A stretch of DNA of 47,586 bases from an uncultured Anaerolineae bacterium (GTDB taxonomy: Bacteria; Chloroflexota; Anaerolineae; CAYYKQ01). The DNA is taken from assembly GCA_964440965.1 (NCBI GenBank), contig CAYYKQ010000002.1, positions 1 through 47,586 on the forward strand, given 5' to 3'. Shown in pieces: positions 32,599 through 41,777 of this stretch; positions within the stretch are counted from its first letter, which is position 1; each line of letters starts with the position of its first letter. Both the position numbers and the translations under genes were made by a program. The notes below the pieces were generated by a model. It had not been told where the DNA came from, searched no databases, and saw nothing but the letters and a program-made list of their open reading frames with translations.

Positions 32599-33570
32599 TT
32601 GCGGAGGAAAGTCTCGGTGATCGTCACCGTCAAGAACGAGGGAAGAGCTCTCCGTAAGTTGATGGATTCCCTCTGCGCTCAGACCCGTCGGCCCGACGAG
32701 GTGGTGGTCGTGGATGGGGGTTCAACCGACGACACGGTGGAGGTCGTGAGGGAGTATACTGCCCGTCTTCCTCTGCGGATATTGGTGCGTCCAGGGGCCA
32801 ACATCTCCCAAGGGCGCAACACAGCCGTAGACGCCGCCAGTGGGGAGATCATAGCCTCAACCGATGCGGGGGTGAGGCTCTCCCCCAACTGGCTGGAGGA
32901 ATTGATCAAGCCTTTCGAGAGGCCGAATCCGCCGAGTGTCGTGAGCGGTTTCTTCCTCCCTGATCCTCAGAGCATCTTCGAAGTCGCTATGGGGGCCACA
33001 GTCTTGCCAACGCTGGGCGAGGTCAACCTCCAAAGGCGTTTTCGGAGGTTCCTGCCTTCCAGCCGCTCGATGGCCTTCACCAAAGAGGCTTGGGAGAAGG
33101 TGGGGGGCTACCCCGAATGGTTGGACTACTGCGAGGACCTCGTCTTCGACCTCAAACTGCGCGATGCTTATGGCCCCTTCGCCTTCGCTCCCAAGGCCAT
33201 CGCTTACTTCCGCCCCCGTTCCAGTTTGGGGGACTTCTTCGTGCAATACTATCGCTATGCCAGAGGCGACGGCAAGGCTGACCTCTGGAGGCAACGCCAC
33301 GCCGTCCGCTACTTGACCTATCTGGTGCTTATCCCGCTCATCATCTTCCTGGGCCTCAGGCGGGGGCCCTTGTGGTGGCTTCCCCTCCCTGTTGGATGCG
33401 CTATCGTCTTCTGGACTCCCTATAAGCGCCTCCTGCCCATGATCGCTAATTATAGCACCTGGGACAAGATCAAGGCCATCCTCTTGGTGCCCATCATCAG
33501 GGTGACAGGGGACATGGCCAAGATGATCGGCTACCCCCTGGGGGTCATCTGGCGACTGCGGCGGAGATAG
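32599..33570 (+). CDS. GT2-family glycosyltransferase with C-terminal TM helices
   Basis: VSVIVTVKNEGRALRKLMDSLCAQTRRPDEVVVVDGGSTDDT...STDAG; two C-terminal helices; TTG start. Confidence 0.75.
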   Translation: MRRKVSVIVTVKNEGRALRKLMDSLCAQTRRPDEVVVVDGGSTDDTVEVVREYTARLPLRILVRPGANISQGRNTAVDAASGEIIASTDAGVRLSPNWLEELIKPFERPNPPSVVSGFFLPDPQSIFEVAMGATVLPTLGEVNLQRRFRRFLPSSRSMAFTKEAWEKVGGYPEWLDYCEDLVFDLKLRDAYGPFAFAPKAIAYFRPRSSLGDFFVQYYRYARGDGKADLWRQRHAVRYLTYLVLIPLIIFLGLRRGPLWWLPLPVGCAIVFWTPYKRLLPMIANYSTWDKIKAILLVPIIRVTGDMAKMIGYPLGVIWRLRRR

Positions 33571-33626
33571 GCCCTGGAAAGGTCGAGCCTTTGGGCCTTG
33601 CCATCGAGTTTGCCAAGGAGGGCGAA

Positions 33627-34820
33627 ATGGACTCACTAGGGCGTCAGGCAGTGATCGTCAGTGCCGCTCGCACGGCCATCGGCAAATTTCAAGGAGCCCT
33701 TTCCAAAATCCCGGCGCCTGAGTTGGGGGCAGTGGCCATAAGAGCGGCGGTGGAACGGGCGGGGATAGACCCCGCCACCATAGATGAGGTACTAATGGGC
33801 AACGTGATCATGGCCGGACAGGGACAGGCACCGGCCCGCCAGGCCTCCATCAAGGCCGGCATCCCCCCTACGGTGGGGGCGACCACGGTGAACAAGATAT
33901 GTGGCTCGGGGCTGAAGACGGTGATGCTAGCCGCGGAGATGATCAAGACGGGATTCGGGGAGATCTTCGTCGCTGGAGGGATGGAGAACATGAGCTGGGC
34001 GCCTTACCTGCTCCTCAAAGCCAGGTCAGGATACCGCCTGGGCCATGGGAGGCTCCTCGATGCCACCGTCCACGATGGTCTGTGGGATACCTTCACCAAC
34101 CAGCATATGGGCAATTGCGCCGAGTGGATAGCCGATGAGTTCGGCATCACCCGCGAGGAGATGGACAGGTATGCTCTCTCCAGCCATAGGAAAGCCATCG
34201 CCGCCATAGACGCCGGCAGATTTAAGGAGGAGATCGTCCCTGTGGAGGTCCCCCAGAGGAAGGGGCCTCCCATCATCTTCGACACCGATGAGTGCCCGCG
34301 AAGGGATACCTCCATGGAAGCCCTGGCCAGGCTCAAGCCGGCCTTCAGGGAAGGGGGGAAGGTAACTGCTGGGAACTCCCCTGGCATCACCGATGGGGCA
34401 GCAGCGGTGGTGGTGATGAGCCAGGAGAAGGCCGATGAATTGGGCATCAGGCCCTTAGCCCGCATCATCGCTTACGATCAGGCAGCCGTCGAGCCGCTTA
34501 AGGTTTTCACCGCCCCCATCTTCGCCATACGTAAGCTACTTGCCAAGACCGGGACCACCTTGGACGACTACGATCTCCTGGAGATCAACGAGGCCTTTGC
34601 TGCCCAGATGCTCGCCGATGGGAAGGTCTTAGGCTGGGACTGGGAGAAGGTGAACGTTAATGGAGGGGCCATCGCTTTGGGCCATCCCATCGGCTGCAGC
34701 GGTACCCGCGTCCTGGTAACCCTCATCTACGCCCTGAGGCAACGGGGGCTCAAAAGGGGCCTGGCCGCGCTCTGCTTAGGAGGCGGCGAGGCAGTGGCCA
34801 TGAGCATCGAGTTGGTTTAA
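33627..34820 (+). CDS. acetyl-CoA C-acetyltransferase (thiolase II)
   Basis: Active-site Cys [10 protein letters not shown]; C-terminal [10 protein letters not shown] and [13 protein letters not shown]. Start refined to ATG 33627 (SD AAGGAGGG upstream) from TTG 33591. Confidence 0.9.
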   Translation: MDSLGRQAVIVSAARTAIGKFQGALSKIPAPELGAVAIRAAVERAGIDPATIDEVLMGNVIMAGQGQAPARQASIKAGIPPTVGATTVNKICGSGLKTVMLAAEMIKTGFGEIFVAGGMENMSWAPYLLLKARSGYRLGHGRLLDATVHDGLWDTFTNQHMGNCAEWIADEFGITREEMDRYALSSHRKAIAAIDAGRFKEEIVPVEVPQRKGPPIIFDTDECPRRDTSMEALARLKPAFREGGKVTAGNSPGITDGAAAVVVMSQEKADELGIRPLARIIAYDQAAVEPLKVFTAPIFAIRKLLAKTGTTLDDYDLLEINEAFAAQMLADGKVLGWDWEKVNVNGGAIALGHPIGCSGTRVLVTLIYALRQRGLKRGLAALCLGGGEAVAMSIELV

Positions 34821-34876
34821 AACAGAGCGCTTTCCCTACGAATCTTAAGTCAGATGGCTTAAAGCAGGAGGGAGAA

Positions 34877-36166
34877 ATGGGAAACGAGCTTGAAGAGCTA
34901 AAGGGGAGGCTCTCCTCTTACGTTGATAAGAAGCACGATGAGATGGTCGAGCTATACTCGAAGCTCATCCGAATCCCGAGCGAGAACCCTCCGGGCGATG
35001 TCACCGAGATCGCCTCCTTCATCAAGGAATACATCGAGGGGCATGGGCTAAAGGTGGAGGCATATGAGACCGCTAAGGGCAGGATCAACCTCGTATCGGA
35101 GATCAAGGGTGGAAGGGAAGGCCCCCACCTCGTGTTAAATGGCCACATGGATGTGGTCCCGGTTGGAGACCGCAGCAGGTGGGATTTCCCGCCATTCTGC
35201 GGCGAGGTAAGGGGAGGTAAGATGCTGGGCCGCGGCTCAAGCGATATGAAAGGCGGGTTAGCAGGGCTCATAGCGGCCTTCGTCGCTTTCCCCGACCTCG
35301 GAATAGAGCTCCCTGGGACCCTGACCTTCACGGCCACGCCGGATGAGGAGACCGGAGGGCATTACGGCGCACGATGGCTCGTCGAGGAGAAAGGGATCAG
35401 GGGAGATGCCTGCCTGTTAGGGGAGCCAACCGACTTGGATAAGATATGGCTGGGCGAGAAGGGCCTATTGTGGCTCACCTTCAAGGCCAGGGGCAAACCC
35501 GCCCACGGAAGCATGCCCGTGCTGGGGGAAAACGCCATAGTGAAGATCACGGAGATCGTCTCGCTCATGCGTAAAGAGCTCGAGATGAAGGGGGTCGAAC
35601 CGCCGAGCATCGTCGCTGAGGATATAAGGATCGGCAGAGAGCTGCTCTCGGAGATGGCGGAGAAGATGGGCTATCCCCAGAGGGCGGAGGAGGCGGGAAA
35701 ACTGTTAGACCACATCTCCATTAACGTCGGGGTCATCAAGGGCGGAACGAAGGTTAACATCGTTCCCGAGGCCTGCAGCGTCGAGATAGACCTGAGGTTG
35801 CCGTTCGGGATAACGCCGGCCGACGTTGAACGCAGAGTGAAAAGCCTCCTGAAGGAATCAGGCCTGAGCGATGTCGAGTACGAAGTGCCTGTCTCATCGG
35901 AGCCGAATTACACGCCATCGAGGGAGAGGATCGTCAAAATCCTCAGCGATAACGTCAAGCGGGAATTAGGCATAACCCCAAGACCCTACTTCAGCACAGG
36001 GGGAACGGACGGCCGCTTCTTCAGGATGAGGGGAGTGCCCGCGGTTCACTACGGGATGGGGTCCCTAATCCAAGCCCATGCCTACAACGAGACGGCCCCG
36101 GTTGAGGACCTGATCAAGGAGATCAAAGTCTATACCGCTACGATCTTGGATTTCATGTACTCCTGA
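34877..36166 (+). CDS. M20-family metallopeptidase / deacylase (ArgE/DapE-like)
   Basis: LNGHMDVVPVGD, GRGSSDMKGG, DEETGG, GEPT. SD GGAGGG precedes the ATG. Confidence 0.8.
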   Translation: MGNELEELKGRLSSYVDKKHDEMVELYSKLIRIPSENPPGDVTEIASFIKEYIEGHGLKVEAYETAKGRINLVSEIKGGREGPHLVLNGHMDVVPVGDRSRWDFPPFCGEVRGGKMLGRGSSDMKGGLAGLIAAFVAFPDLGIELPGTLTFTATPDEETGGHYGARWLVEEKGIRGDACLLGEPTDLDKIWLGEKGLLWLTFKARGKPAHGSMPVLGENAIVKITEIVSLMRKELEMKGVEPPSIVAEDIRIGRELLSEMAEKMGYPQRAEEAGKLLDHISINVGVIKGGTKVNIVPEACSVEIDLRLPFGITPADVERRVKSLLKESGLSDVEYEVPVSSEPNYTPSRERIVKILSDNVKRELGITPRPYFSTGGTDGRFFRMRGVPAVHYGMGSLIQAHAYNETAPVEDLIKEIKVYTATILDFMYS

Positions 36167-36199
36167 GATAGGCACGCTGACCGCTTACGCTCCATCTGC

Positions 36200-36239
36200 A
36201 GAACCTCACGCTTACAGTTCGCTGTAGGCGTGAGGTTCT
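36200..36239 (+). terminator. 18-bp hairpin with UUCG tetraloop after the M20 gene (terminator or RNA-stability element)
   Basis: AGAACCTCACGCTTACAG-TTCG-CTGTAGGCGTGAGGTTCT (one G-U pair). Followed only by CTATT, so the U-tract is weak. Confidence 0.45.
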
Positions 36240-36266
36240 CTATTCGGCCGGCCGTCGGGCTCAGGC

Positions 36267-36295
36267 TTGCTCTAACCCCAGGGATGTGATAGAAT
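36267..36295 (+). promoter_or_regulatory. sigma70-type promoter (extended -10) for the P-type ATPase
   Basis: TTGCTC (36267..36272), 17 nt, TGaTAGAAT (-10 at 36290..36295). The leader is ~95 nt. Confidence 0.5.
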
Positions 36296-36391
36296 ACGAT
36301 TGCGCATCCGAAAGCCCTTAGAGCGAGGTAAGCAGCCGTGCAAACAAACCCTTTGGAGAGAAAGCATCGCTTTGGCCTCTAAGTTGGAGAA

Positions 36392-39184
36392 GTGGAAGAA
36401 ATGGATTGGCATTCCATTGACATCGATGAAGTGTTACAAAGGTTGGGCGCCACCGAGGGCGGATTGAGTGAGGAGGAGGCCCAGAGGCGCTTCGAGAAGT
36501 TCGGCCCCAACGAGCTGAGGAAAGAGAAAGGCAAATCCCCCTGGAGCATCTTCTTCGATCAATTCAAAGATTTCCTCATCATCCTCCTTCTGGGAGCCAC
36601 CTTCGTCTCCCTCCTCATCGGCGAGGTCCTCGACGCTGCGGCCATCATGGCCATCGTCATCATCTCCGCCTTCCTGGGTTTCCTCCAGGAGTATCGAGCT
36701 GAGAAGGCGTTGGAGGCGCTCAAGAAGATGGCCGCCCTCGAGGCCCTGGTCATACGGGATGGAAGGGAGAGGCGCATCTTAGCTAAGGAGCTCGTGCCCG
36801 GCGACATCATCCTCATCCATGCCGGCGATAAGGTGCCCGCCGACGCCAGGCTCATCGAGGAGTTCAACCTCAAGGTGGACGAGGCCCCCCTCACAGGGGA
36901 GTCGGTGCCTGTGAACAAGGAGGTGATAGTCCTCCCCTCCGAGACCGCTCTGGCCGACAGGAAGAACATGCTCTACGCCGGAACCATCGTCACCTACGGG
37001 CGGGGGAAGGCCGTGGTCGTGGCCACGGGGATGGAGACGGAGTTCGGCAAGATCGCCCAGATGATCCAGCTGGTCGAGGAGGAGACGACTCCCCTGGAGA
37101 GGAGGATGGCCGAGATAGGCAGATGGCTGGGGATCGGCTCGCTGGCGGTGGTGGCGGTGGTCTCAGCCCTGGGGATTTTCAGGGGCCACGAGCTTCTGGA
37201 GATGTTCCTCTGGGGGGTGAGCTTAGCTGTGGCCGCCGTCCCCGAGGCCCTGCCGGCGGTGGTCACCGGGGCCCTGGCCATCGGGGTGCAGAGGATGGCC
37301 AAACGCAACGCCATCGTCAGGAAGCTCCCTGCCGTCGAGACATTGGGCTGCACCACCTTCATCTGCTCGGACAAGACCGGCACGCTCACCAAGAACGAGA
37401 TGACTGTGCGCCGCATCTGGCTGGACGGCGACACCATTGAGGTCACGGGCGTTGGCTACGAGCCGAAAGGCGAGTTCGTCGTCGCAAGCGATAAAGGGCA
37501 AGGGGCAAGGGGCAATCTCCCCTCCTCCCTTAACCCTTATTCCCACGAAGGCTTAAGGTTGCTTCTCAGGACGGCGCTCTTGTGCAACGACGCCCATTTG
37601 GAGCAAGAAAGCGAGGCTTGGACCATCATCGGCGACCCGACCGAGGGGGCGCTGGTGGTGGCGGCGGCCAAGGCTGGCCTCGACAAGAAGGAGCTGGAGA
37701 CGCTCTACCCCCGCATCGCCGAGGTGCCCTTCACCTCCGAGCGTAAGCGGATGAGCACCATCCATGCCACCCCCGATGGGACGAAAATGGTGTGCGCCAA
37801 GGGGGCGCCGGAGATAGTGCTGGCCAGGTGCAACCGCATCTGGCACGATGGGCGCATCGTCGAACTGAGCGAGGCGGAGAGAAACGAGATCCTCCGCGCC
37901 AACGAGGAGATGGCCGCCGATGCCCTCCGCGTGCTGGGCATCGCCTACAAGGAGTTTCCCCCCGATGCCAGCGACTTCGGCGATGACCAGCTCGCTCGCG
38001 GGATCTCGACAGCCTTCGAGGCCCCTCTAGGGCGAGCGAGCTGGTCAGAGGACGTGGTCGAGAGGGACTTAGTCTTCCTGGGCCTGATGGCCATGATCGA
38101 CCCGCCCAGGGACGAGGTGAGGGATGCCCTCCGCCTCTGCGAGCAGGCGGGGGTGAAGGTGGCCATGGTCACCGGCGACCACAAGCTCACCGCCGTGGCC
38201 ATCGCCAAGGAGCTGGGAATGCTCAAGGAAGGCGGCCTCACCCTCACCGGCTTAGAACTGGATAGATTGAGCGATGAGGAATTCGACAGGATTGTCGAGG
38301 ACGTGGCCGTCTATGCCAGGGTATCGCCGGAGCACAAGATGCGCATCGTGGAGGCACTCAAGAGGAAGGGGCACATCGTGGCCATGACCGGCGATGGGGT
38401 GAACGACGCCCCGGCCCTCAAGAGGGCGGACATGGGCGTGGCCATGGGCATCACCGGCACCGAGGTGACCAAGGAGGCCTCGGACATGGTGCTGGCCGAC
38501 GACAACTTCGCCACCATCGTGGCGGCCATCGAGGAGGGGAGGTCCATTTACGACAACATCAAGAAGTACCTCTCCTACCTGCTCTCCTGCAACGTGGGGG
38601 AGATCCTGATCATGTTCGTAGCCAGCCTGATGGGGCTGCCCCTCCCCCTCGTCACCCTGCAGATTCTGTGGGTGAATTTAACCACCGATGGCCTCCCCGC
38701 CATCGCCCTGGGAGTCGACCCGCCTGAGCCCGACATCATGCTCCGGCCGCCGCGCGACCCCGAGGAAAGCGTCTTCACCCTGCCGGTGAAACTCCTCATC
38801 GCCGTCATCTCTATCCTGATGACGATAGGGACGGTGCCGGTTTTCGCCTCCTTTGTGCCTAAGGAGGGGCTGGTCAAGGCTCAGACGATGGCCTTCACCA
38901 TGGTGACCATGGTTGAGATGTTCAACGCCTTCAACTGCCGCTCGGAGAGGCACTCCATCTTCAAGGTTGGCCCCTTTGCCAACCGTTGGCTGGTTCTGGC
39001 GGTGCTCTCCTCCATCCTCCTACAGGCGGCGGTCATCTACATCCCCTTCCTGCAATCCATATTTGGCACCGCCGCTTTGAACTTGGCCGATTGGCTGCTG
39101 ATAACCCTCATCTCCAGCAGCGCCCTCATCGTGGTGGAGGCGATCAAGTGGCTGGTGCCAAAGTTGAGGGGGAAGCGGGGATAA
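36392..39184 (+). CDS. P-type ATPase, type IIA Ca2+-transporting (SERCA/PMR-like)
   Basis: PLTGES, CSDKTGTLT, VAAVPEALPAVVT (M4 PEGLP-type), KGAPE, MVTGDH, TGDGVNDAPALK. ATG 36401 is an in-frame alternative to GTG 36392. Confidence 0.9.
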   Translation: MEEMDWHSIDIDEVLQRLGATEGGLSEEEAQRRFEKFGPNELRKEKGKSPWSIFFDQFKDFLIILLLGATFVSLLIGEVLDAAAIMAIVIISAFLGFLQEYRAEKALEALKKMAALEALVIRDGRERRILAKELVPGDIILIHAGDKVPADARLIEEFNLKVDEAPLTGESVPVNKEVIVLPSETALADRKNMLYAGTIVTYGRGKAVVVATGMETEFGKIAQMIQLVEEETTPLERRMAEIGRWLGIGSLAVVAVVSALGIFRGHELLEMFLWGVSLAVAAVPEALPAVVTGALAIGVQRMAKRNAIVRKLPAVETLGCTTFICSDKTGTLTKNEMTVRRIWLDGDTIEVTGVGYEPKGEFVVASDKGQGARGNLPSSLNPYSHEGLRLLLRTALLCNDAHLEQESEAWTIIGDPTEGALVVAAAKAGLDKKELETLYPRIAEVPFTSERKRMSTIHATPDGTKMVCAKGAPEIVLARCNRIWHDGRIVELSEAERNEILRANEEMAADALRVLGIAYKEFPPDASDFGDDQLARGISTAFEAPLGRASWSEDVVERDLVFLGLMAMIDPPRDEVRDALRLCEQAGVKVAMVTGDHKLTAVAIAKELGMLKEGGLTLTGLELDRLSDEEFDRIVEDVAVYARVSPEHKMRIVEALKRKGHIVAMTGDGVNDAPALKRADMGVAMGITGTEVTKEASDMVLADDNFATIVAAIEEGRSIYDNIKKYLSYLLSCNVGEILIMFVASLMGLPLPLVTLQILWVNLTTDGLPAIALGVDPPEPDIMLRPPRDPEESVFTLPVKLLIAVISILMTIGTVPVFASFVPKEGLVKAQTMAFTMVTMVEMFNAFNCRSERHSIFKVGPFANRWLVLAVLSSILLQAAVIYIPFLQSIFGTAALNLADWLLITLISSSALIVVEAIKWLVPKLRGKRG

Positions 39185-39281
39185 ATCAAGCCAGCTAATC
39201 GTCCAGCTTAAGCCCCGGTGCTACCCTTCGGAAATGCCCCTGTAAAGCGCAGCGTCCATTCCACAATGTGGACACGAGCCT

Positions 39282-40058
39282 GTGAGGAGCGTCGTGTTAG
39301 GCGATTGGGCGCCTTTGATTTGGCTTAGTATCGCCTCTGCGTTTCTGTTACCGATGAAGCGCTGGATAAACCGCCACCTACAGGGCCTGGGCTACCTGCT
39401 TTTCGAGGATAGCCAGATGGCCCTGATCTTGTATTTCGTGGTGATGCTTCCAGGGATCATCGTCCACGAGTTGAGCCACTGGCTGATGGCCAAACTGCTG
39501 AGGATGAGGACAGGCAAGCTGTCCATTTGGCCCTCCGGAAAGGGGGACAAGGTGCGGATGGGCTCGCTTAAAGTGGCCCGCGCCGACCCCATTCGCGAAA
39601 GCCTGGTCGGCTTGGCCCCCCTCATCGGCGGCAGCCTGGTGATCCTCGTCATCGGCGACCTGGCCCTGGGTTTGGGGGAGGCGAAGGATGCTCTGTTCGG
39701 CGGGACATGGAGTGGACTCCAGGAGGGGCTATCGGCCTACATCCGAGTGCCTGACTTCTGGCTGTGGCTCTACCTCATCTTCTCCGTCTCCAATGCCATG
39801 TTCCCCAGCGAGGCCGACCGCCGGCCATGGGGGGTGGTCCTCCTCTTCCTGAGCCTGATAGCCCTCTCGCTCTGGATAACCGGCCTGATCCGCCAGATCC
39901 CCGATGCGGTGGCCGAGCGGCTCCTAACCGCCACAGGCTACTTGGCCTACATCTTCTGCCTGGCAGTGGCCGTGGATGCCATCTTCCTGGCCATCATCGT
40001 GGCCTTGGAGGCCCTGGTGCACGCCTTGACGGGAAGGGGGCATGGGCCTCGGATTTGA
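39282..40058 (+). CDS. M50-like (site-2-protease family) membrane metallopeptidase
   Basis: HExxH within a TM helix ([16 protein letters not shown]). A later NAMFPSEAD resembles the NxxPxxxxD(G) third-ligand motif. Several TM helices; GTG start. Confidence 0.6.
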   Translation: MRSVVLGDWAPLIWLSIASAFLLPMKRWINRHLQGLGYLLFEDSQMALILYFVVMLPGIIVHELSHWLMAKLLRMRTGKLSIWPSGKGDKVRMGSLKVARADPIRESLVGLAPLIGGSLVILVIGDLALGLGEAKDALFGGTWSGLQEGLSAYIRVPDFWLWLYLIFSVSNAMFPSEADRRPWGVVLLFLSLIALSLWITGLIRQIPDAVAERLLTATGYLAYIFCLAVAVDAIFLAIIVALEALVHALTGRGHGPRI

Positions 40059-40083
40059 CTTCTCTGCCGCCCAGTGCGATAAT
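40055..40083 (+). promoter_or_regulatory. sigma70-type promoter (extended -10) for mgsA
   Basis: TTGACT (40055..40060), 17 nt, TGcGATAAT (-10 at 40078..40083). Confidence 0.5.
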
Positions 40084-40159
40084 GCGGCCGAGCTCAGCCG
40101 CTTTGGGCTGGGCGATTGGTCCTCAAGGAGACCGACGATCTCGGGAAGGAGATGGTGAA

Positions 40160-40627
40160 GTGGGATACAAAGAGTTCCCCATGAGGCACCGGAAGAAGAT
40201 CGCCCTTGTGGCGCACGACAACAAGAAGCGTGAACTGCTCGAATGGGCGAGGTTCAATCGAGATCTCCTGTCCCGCCACGAGCTGTATTCCACAGGAACG
40301 ACCGGGAGGATGCTGGAGCAGGAGCTTGGACTCAAGGTCACTAAGCTTCAGAGCGGCCCCTTGGGCGGGGATCAGCAGCTTGGCGCCAAGATCGCCGATG
40401 GGGAGATCGAATTCCTGATCTTCTTCTGGGACCCTCTCGAGCCTCACCCCCACGACCCGGACGTAAAGGCCCTCCTGCGGATGGCCGTGGTTTGGAATAT
40501 CCCTGCCGCCTGCAATCGGGCTTCGGCCGATTTCATGATCTCCTCGCCGCTGATGGATGAGGAGTACATTCGCCTCGTCCCCGACTACGAGAAGTACAGG
40601 CGACGCAGGCTCACGGAGAGCCAATGA
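40160..40627 (+). CDS. mgsA: methylglyoxal synthase
   Basis: [46 protein letters not shown]. Start is either GTG 40160 (AGGAG 8 nt upstream) or ATG 40181. The track start 39764 overlaps the M50-like gene and is rejected. Confidence 0.9.
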   Translation: MGYKEFPMRHRKKIALVAHDNKKRELLEWARFNRDLLSRHELYSTGTTGRMLEQELGLKVTKLQSGPLGGDQQLGAKIADGEIEFLIFFWDPLEPHPHDPDVKALLRMAVVWNIPAACNRASADFMISSPLMDEEYIRLVPDYEKYRRRRLTESQ

Positions 40628-40641
40628 GGGCGGGTCCCCTG

Positions 40642-41655
40642 TTAGCGCGACCTGTGGGAGACGAGGAGCAGGACCAGCAGCGCTATCGCCCCCAGCAGCA
40701 ACAGGGCCAGGAATTTGTAAAGTCGGGAGGAGATGAGGAGGGCTAAGGCGCCGAAGAGGGCGCAGAAGAGGTAGTAGCCCAGCACTATCTGGCGCTGGGA
40801 GAGGCCGAGGTCCAGGAGGCGAAAGTGGAGGTGCCCTCTGTCCCCGACCAAGGGGGAGCGCCCCCGGCGCAGCCGGTCGAAGATGCGCCAGGCCACATCC
40901 AGGATGGGGATGCCCATCACCAGGAGCACTGTGGCCATCTTGGCCCCGGCGATGATTCCCAGCGCCCCCACGGAGAAGCCCAGGAAGTAGGAGCCGCAGC
41001 TCCCCATGAAGACCTTGGCGGGGTGAAAATTGTAGGGGAGGAAGCCCAGGGTCGCGCCGAGGAGGGCCAGCGGCAGGAGGGCCACGCTGAACTGCCCCTC
41101 GCGGTACATGTGGGCGGCCAGCACCGCCGAGAGGATGGCCCCTATCCCCGCCGCCAGCCCGTCCAACCCATCCAGCCAGTTGACGGTGTTCATCATCCCC
41201 ATCAGCCAGAAGATGGTGAGGGGCCAGGTGATGAACCAGGGGAACCAGACCTGACGGTTGGTGAAGGGGTTGTTGACCACCTCGATGAAGATGAGGAAGT
41301 GGATGGCGATGAGGGAGGTGATGAACTGGGCGATGAGCTGAGGGGCTGGTGAGAGTTCGTGTTTGTCGTCCCACACGCCCACCAGGAAGATGAAGGTGGA
41401 GCCCAGGATCAGCCCCATCAGCCTGGTCAGCTCCTTGGGATCCTGGCGCTCCACGGGCAGGAACTGGGCCAGCACCACCGAGGCGGTGAAGGCTACGTAA
41501 AGGGCCACGCCTCCCAGCCTCGGCACCCTGCCCACATGTTTTCGCCTTCCTCCGGGAACGGCCACGAAGCCGTAGCGTCGCCCCAGCCACCCGCCCAGCG
41601 GCGTCAGCGCCAGGGCCAATACGAAAGCCACCGCAAAGACCAAGGGAAAGGCCAT
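40642..41655 (-). CDS. polyprenyl-phosphate N-acetylhexosamine-1-phosphate transferase (WecA/TagO/MraY superfamily), initiating enzyme
   Basis: 337 aa, ~10 TM helices. RKHVGRVPRLGGVALY, VGVWDDKHELSP, NTVNWLDGLDGLAAG. SD GGAGGGAGG lies just before the ATG. Confidence 0.85.
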   Translation of the reverse strand: MAFPLVFAVAFVLALALTPLGGWLGRRYGFVAVPGGRRKHVGRVPRLGGVALYVAFTASVVLAQFLPVERQDPKELTRLMGLILGSTFIFLVGVWDDKHELSPAPQLIAQFITSLIAIHFLIFIEVVNNPFTNRQVWFPWFITWPLTIFWLMGMMNTVNWLDGLDGLAAGIGAILSAVLAAHMYREGQFSVALLPLALLGATLGFLPYNFHPAKVFMGSCGSYFLGFSVGALGIIAGAKMATVLLVMGIPILDVAWRIFDRLRRGRSPLVGDRGHLHFRLLDLGLSQRQIVLGYYLFCALFGALALLISSRLYKFLALLLLGAIALLVLLLVSHRSR

Positions 41656-41675
41656 CCTCCCTCCGCCAAAACGCT

Positions 41676-41749
41676 GTCAACGGATGCCTAACGGATTAAC
41701 GGATACCGCCCGGCAACTCCATCCGTTAATCCGCTGCCTATCCGTTGAC
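41676..41749 (-). terminator. large imperfect inverted repeat made of AACGGAT/ATCCGTT units; hairpin + U-run on the minus-strand transcript (terminator/attenuator or operator cluster)
   Basis: The 29-nt arms are GTCAACGGATGCCTAACGGATTAACGGAT (41676..41704) and ATCCGTTAATCCGCTGCCTATCCGTTGAC (41721..41749). They pair 10 bp + a 6x6 internal loop + 13 bp around a 16-nt loop. On the minus strand the hairpin is followed by AGCGTTTTGG, then the WecA-like SD. Confidence 0.45.
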
Positions 41750-41777
41750 AAACGAATCCGCCCACCCCTCCCATCCG

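Noticed and set aside
36296-36391. ~95-nt leader of the P-type ATPase as a possible metal riboswitch (M-box or yybP-ykoY type)
   Set aside because: I could not find the conserved core sequences or a convincing multi-stem architecture by eye. It is too short for an M-box. I am not reporting it as an RNA element.
39764-40159. N-terminal 130-aa extension of the mgsA ORF (track start 39764)
   Set aside because: The extension overlaps the M50-like gene in another frame and is Pro/Gly/Arg-rich. It precedes a promoter candidate (40055..40083) and an SD. Methylglyoxal synthase homology begins only at KKIALVAHD.
40094-41680. 528-aa minus-strand ORF, the longest in this region
   Set aside because: It is extremely Pro/Arg/Gly/His-rich and low in complexity. 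It runs in an alternative frame over the well-supported WecA-like gene (40642..41655) and antisense to mgsA. This is a typical GC-rich shadow ORF.
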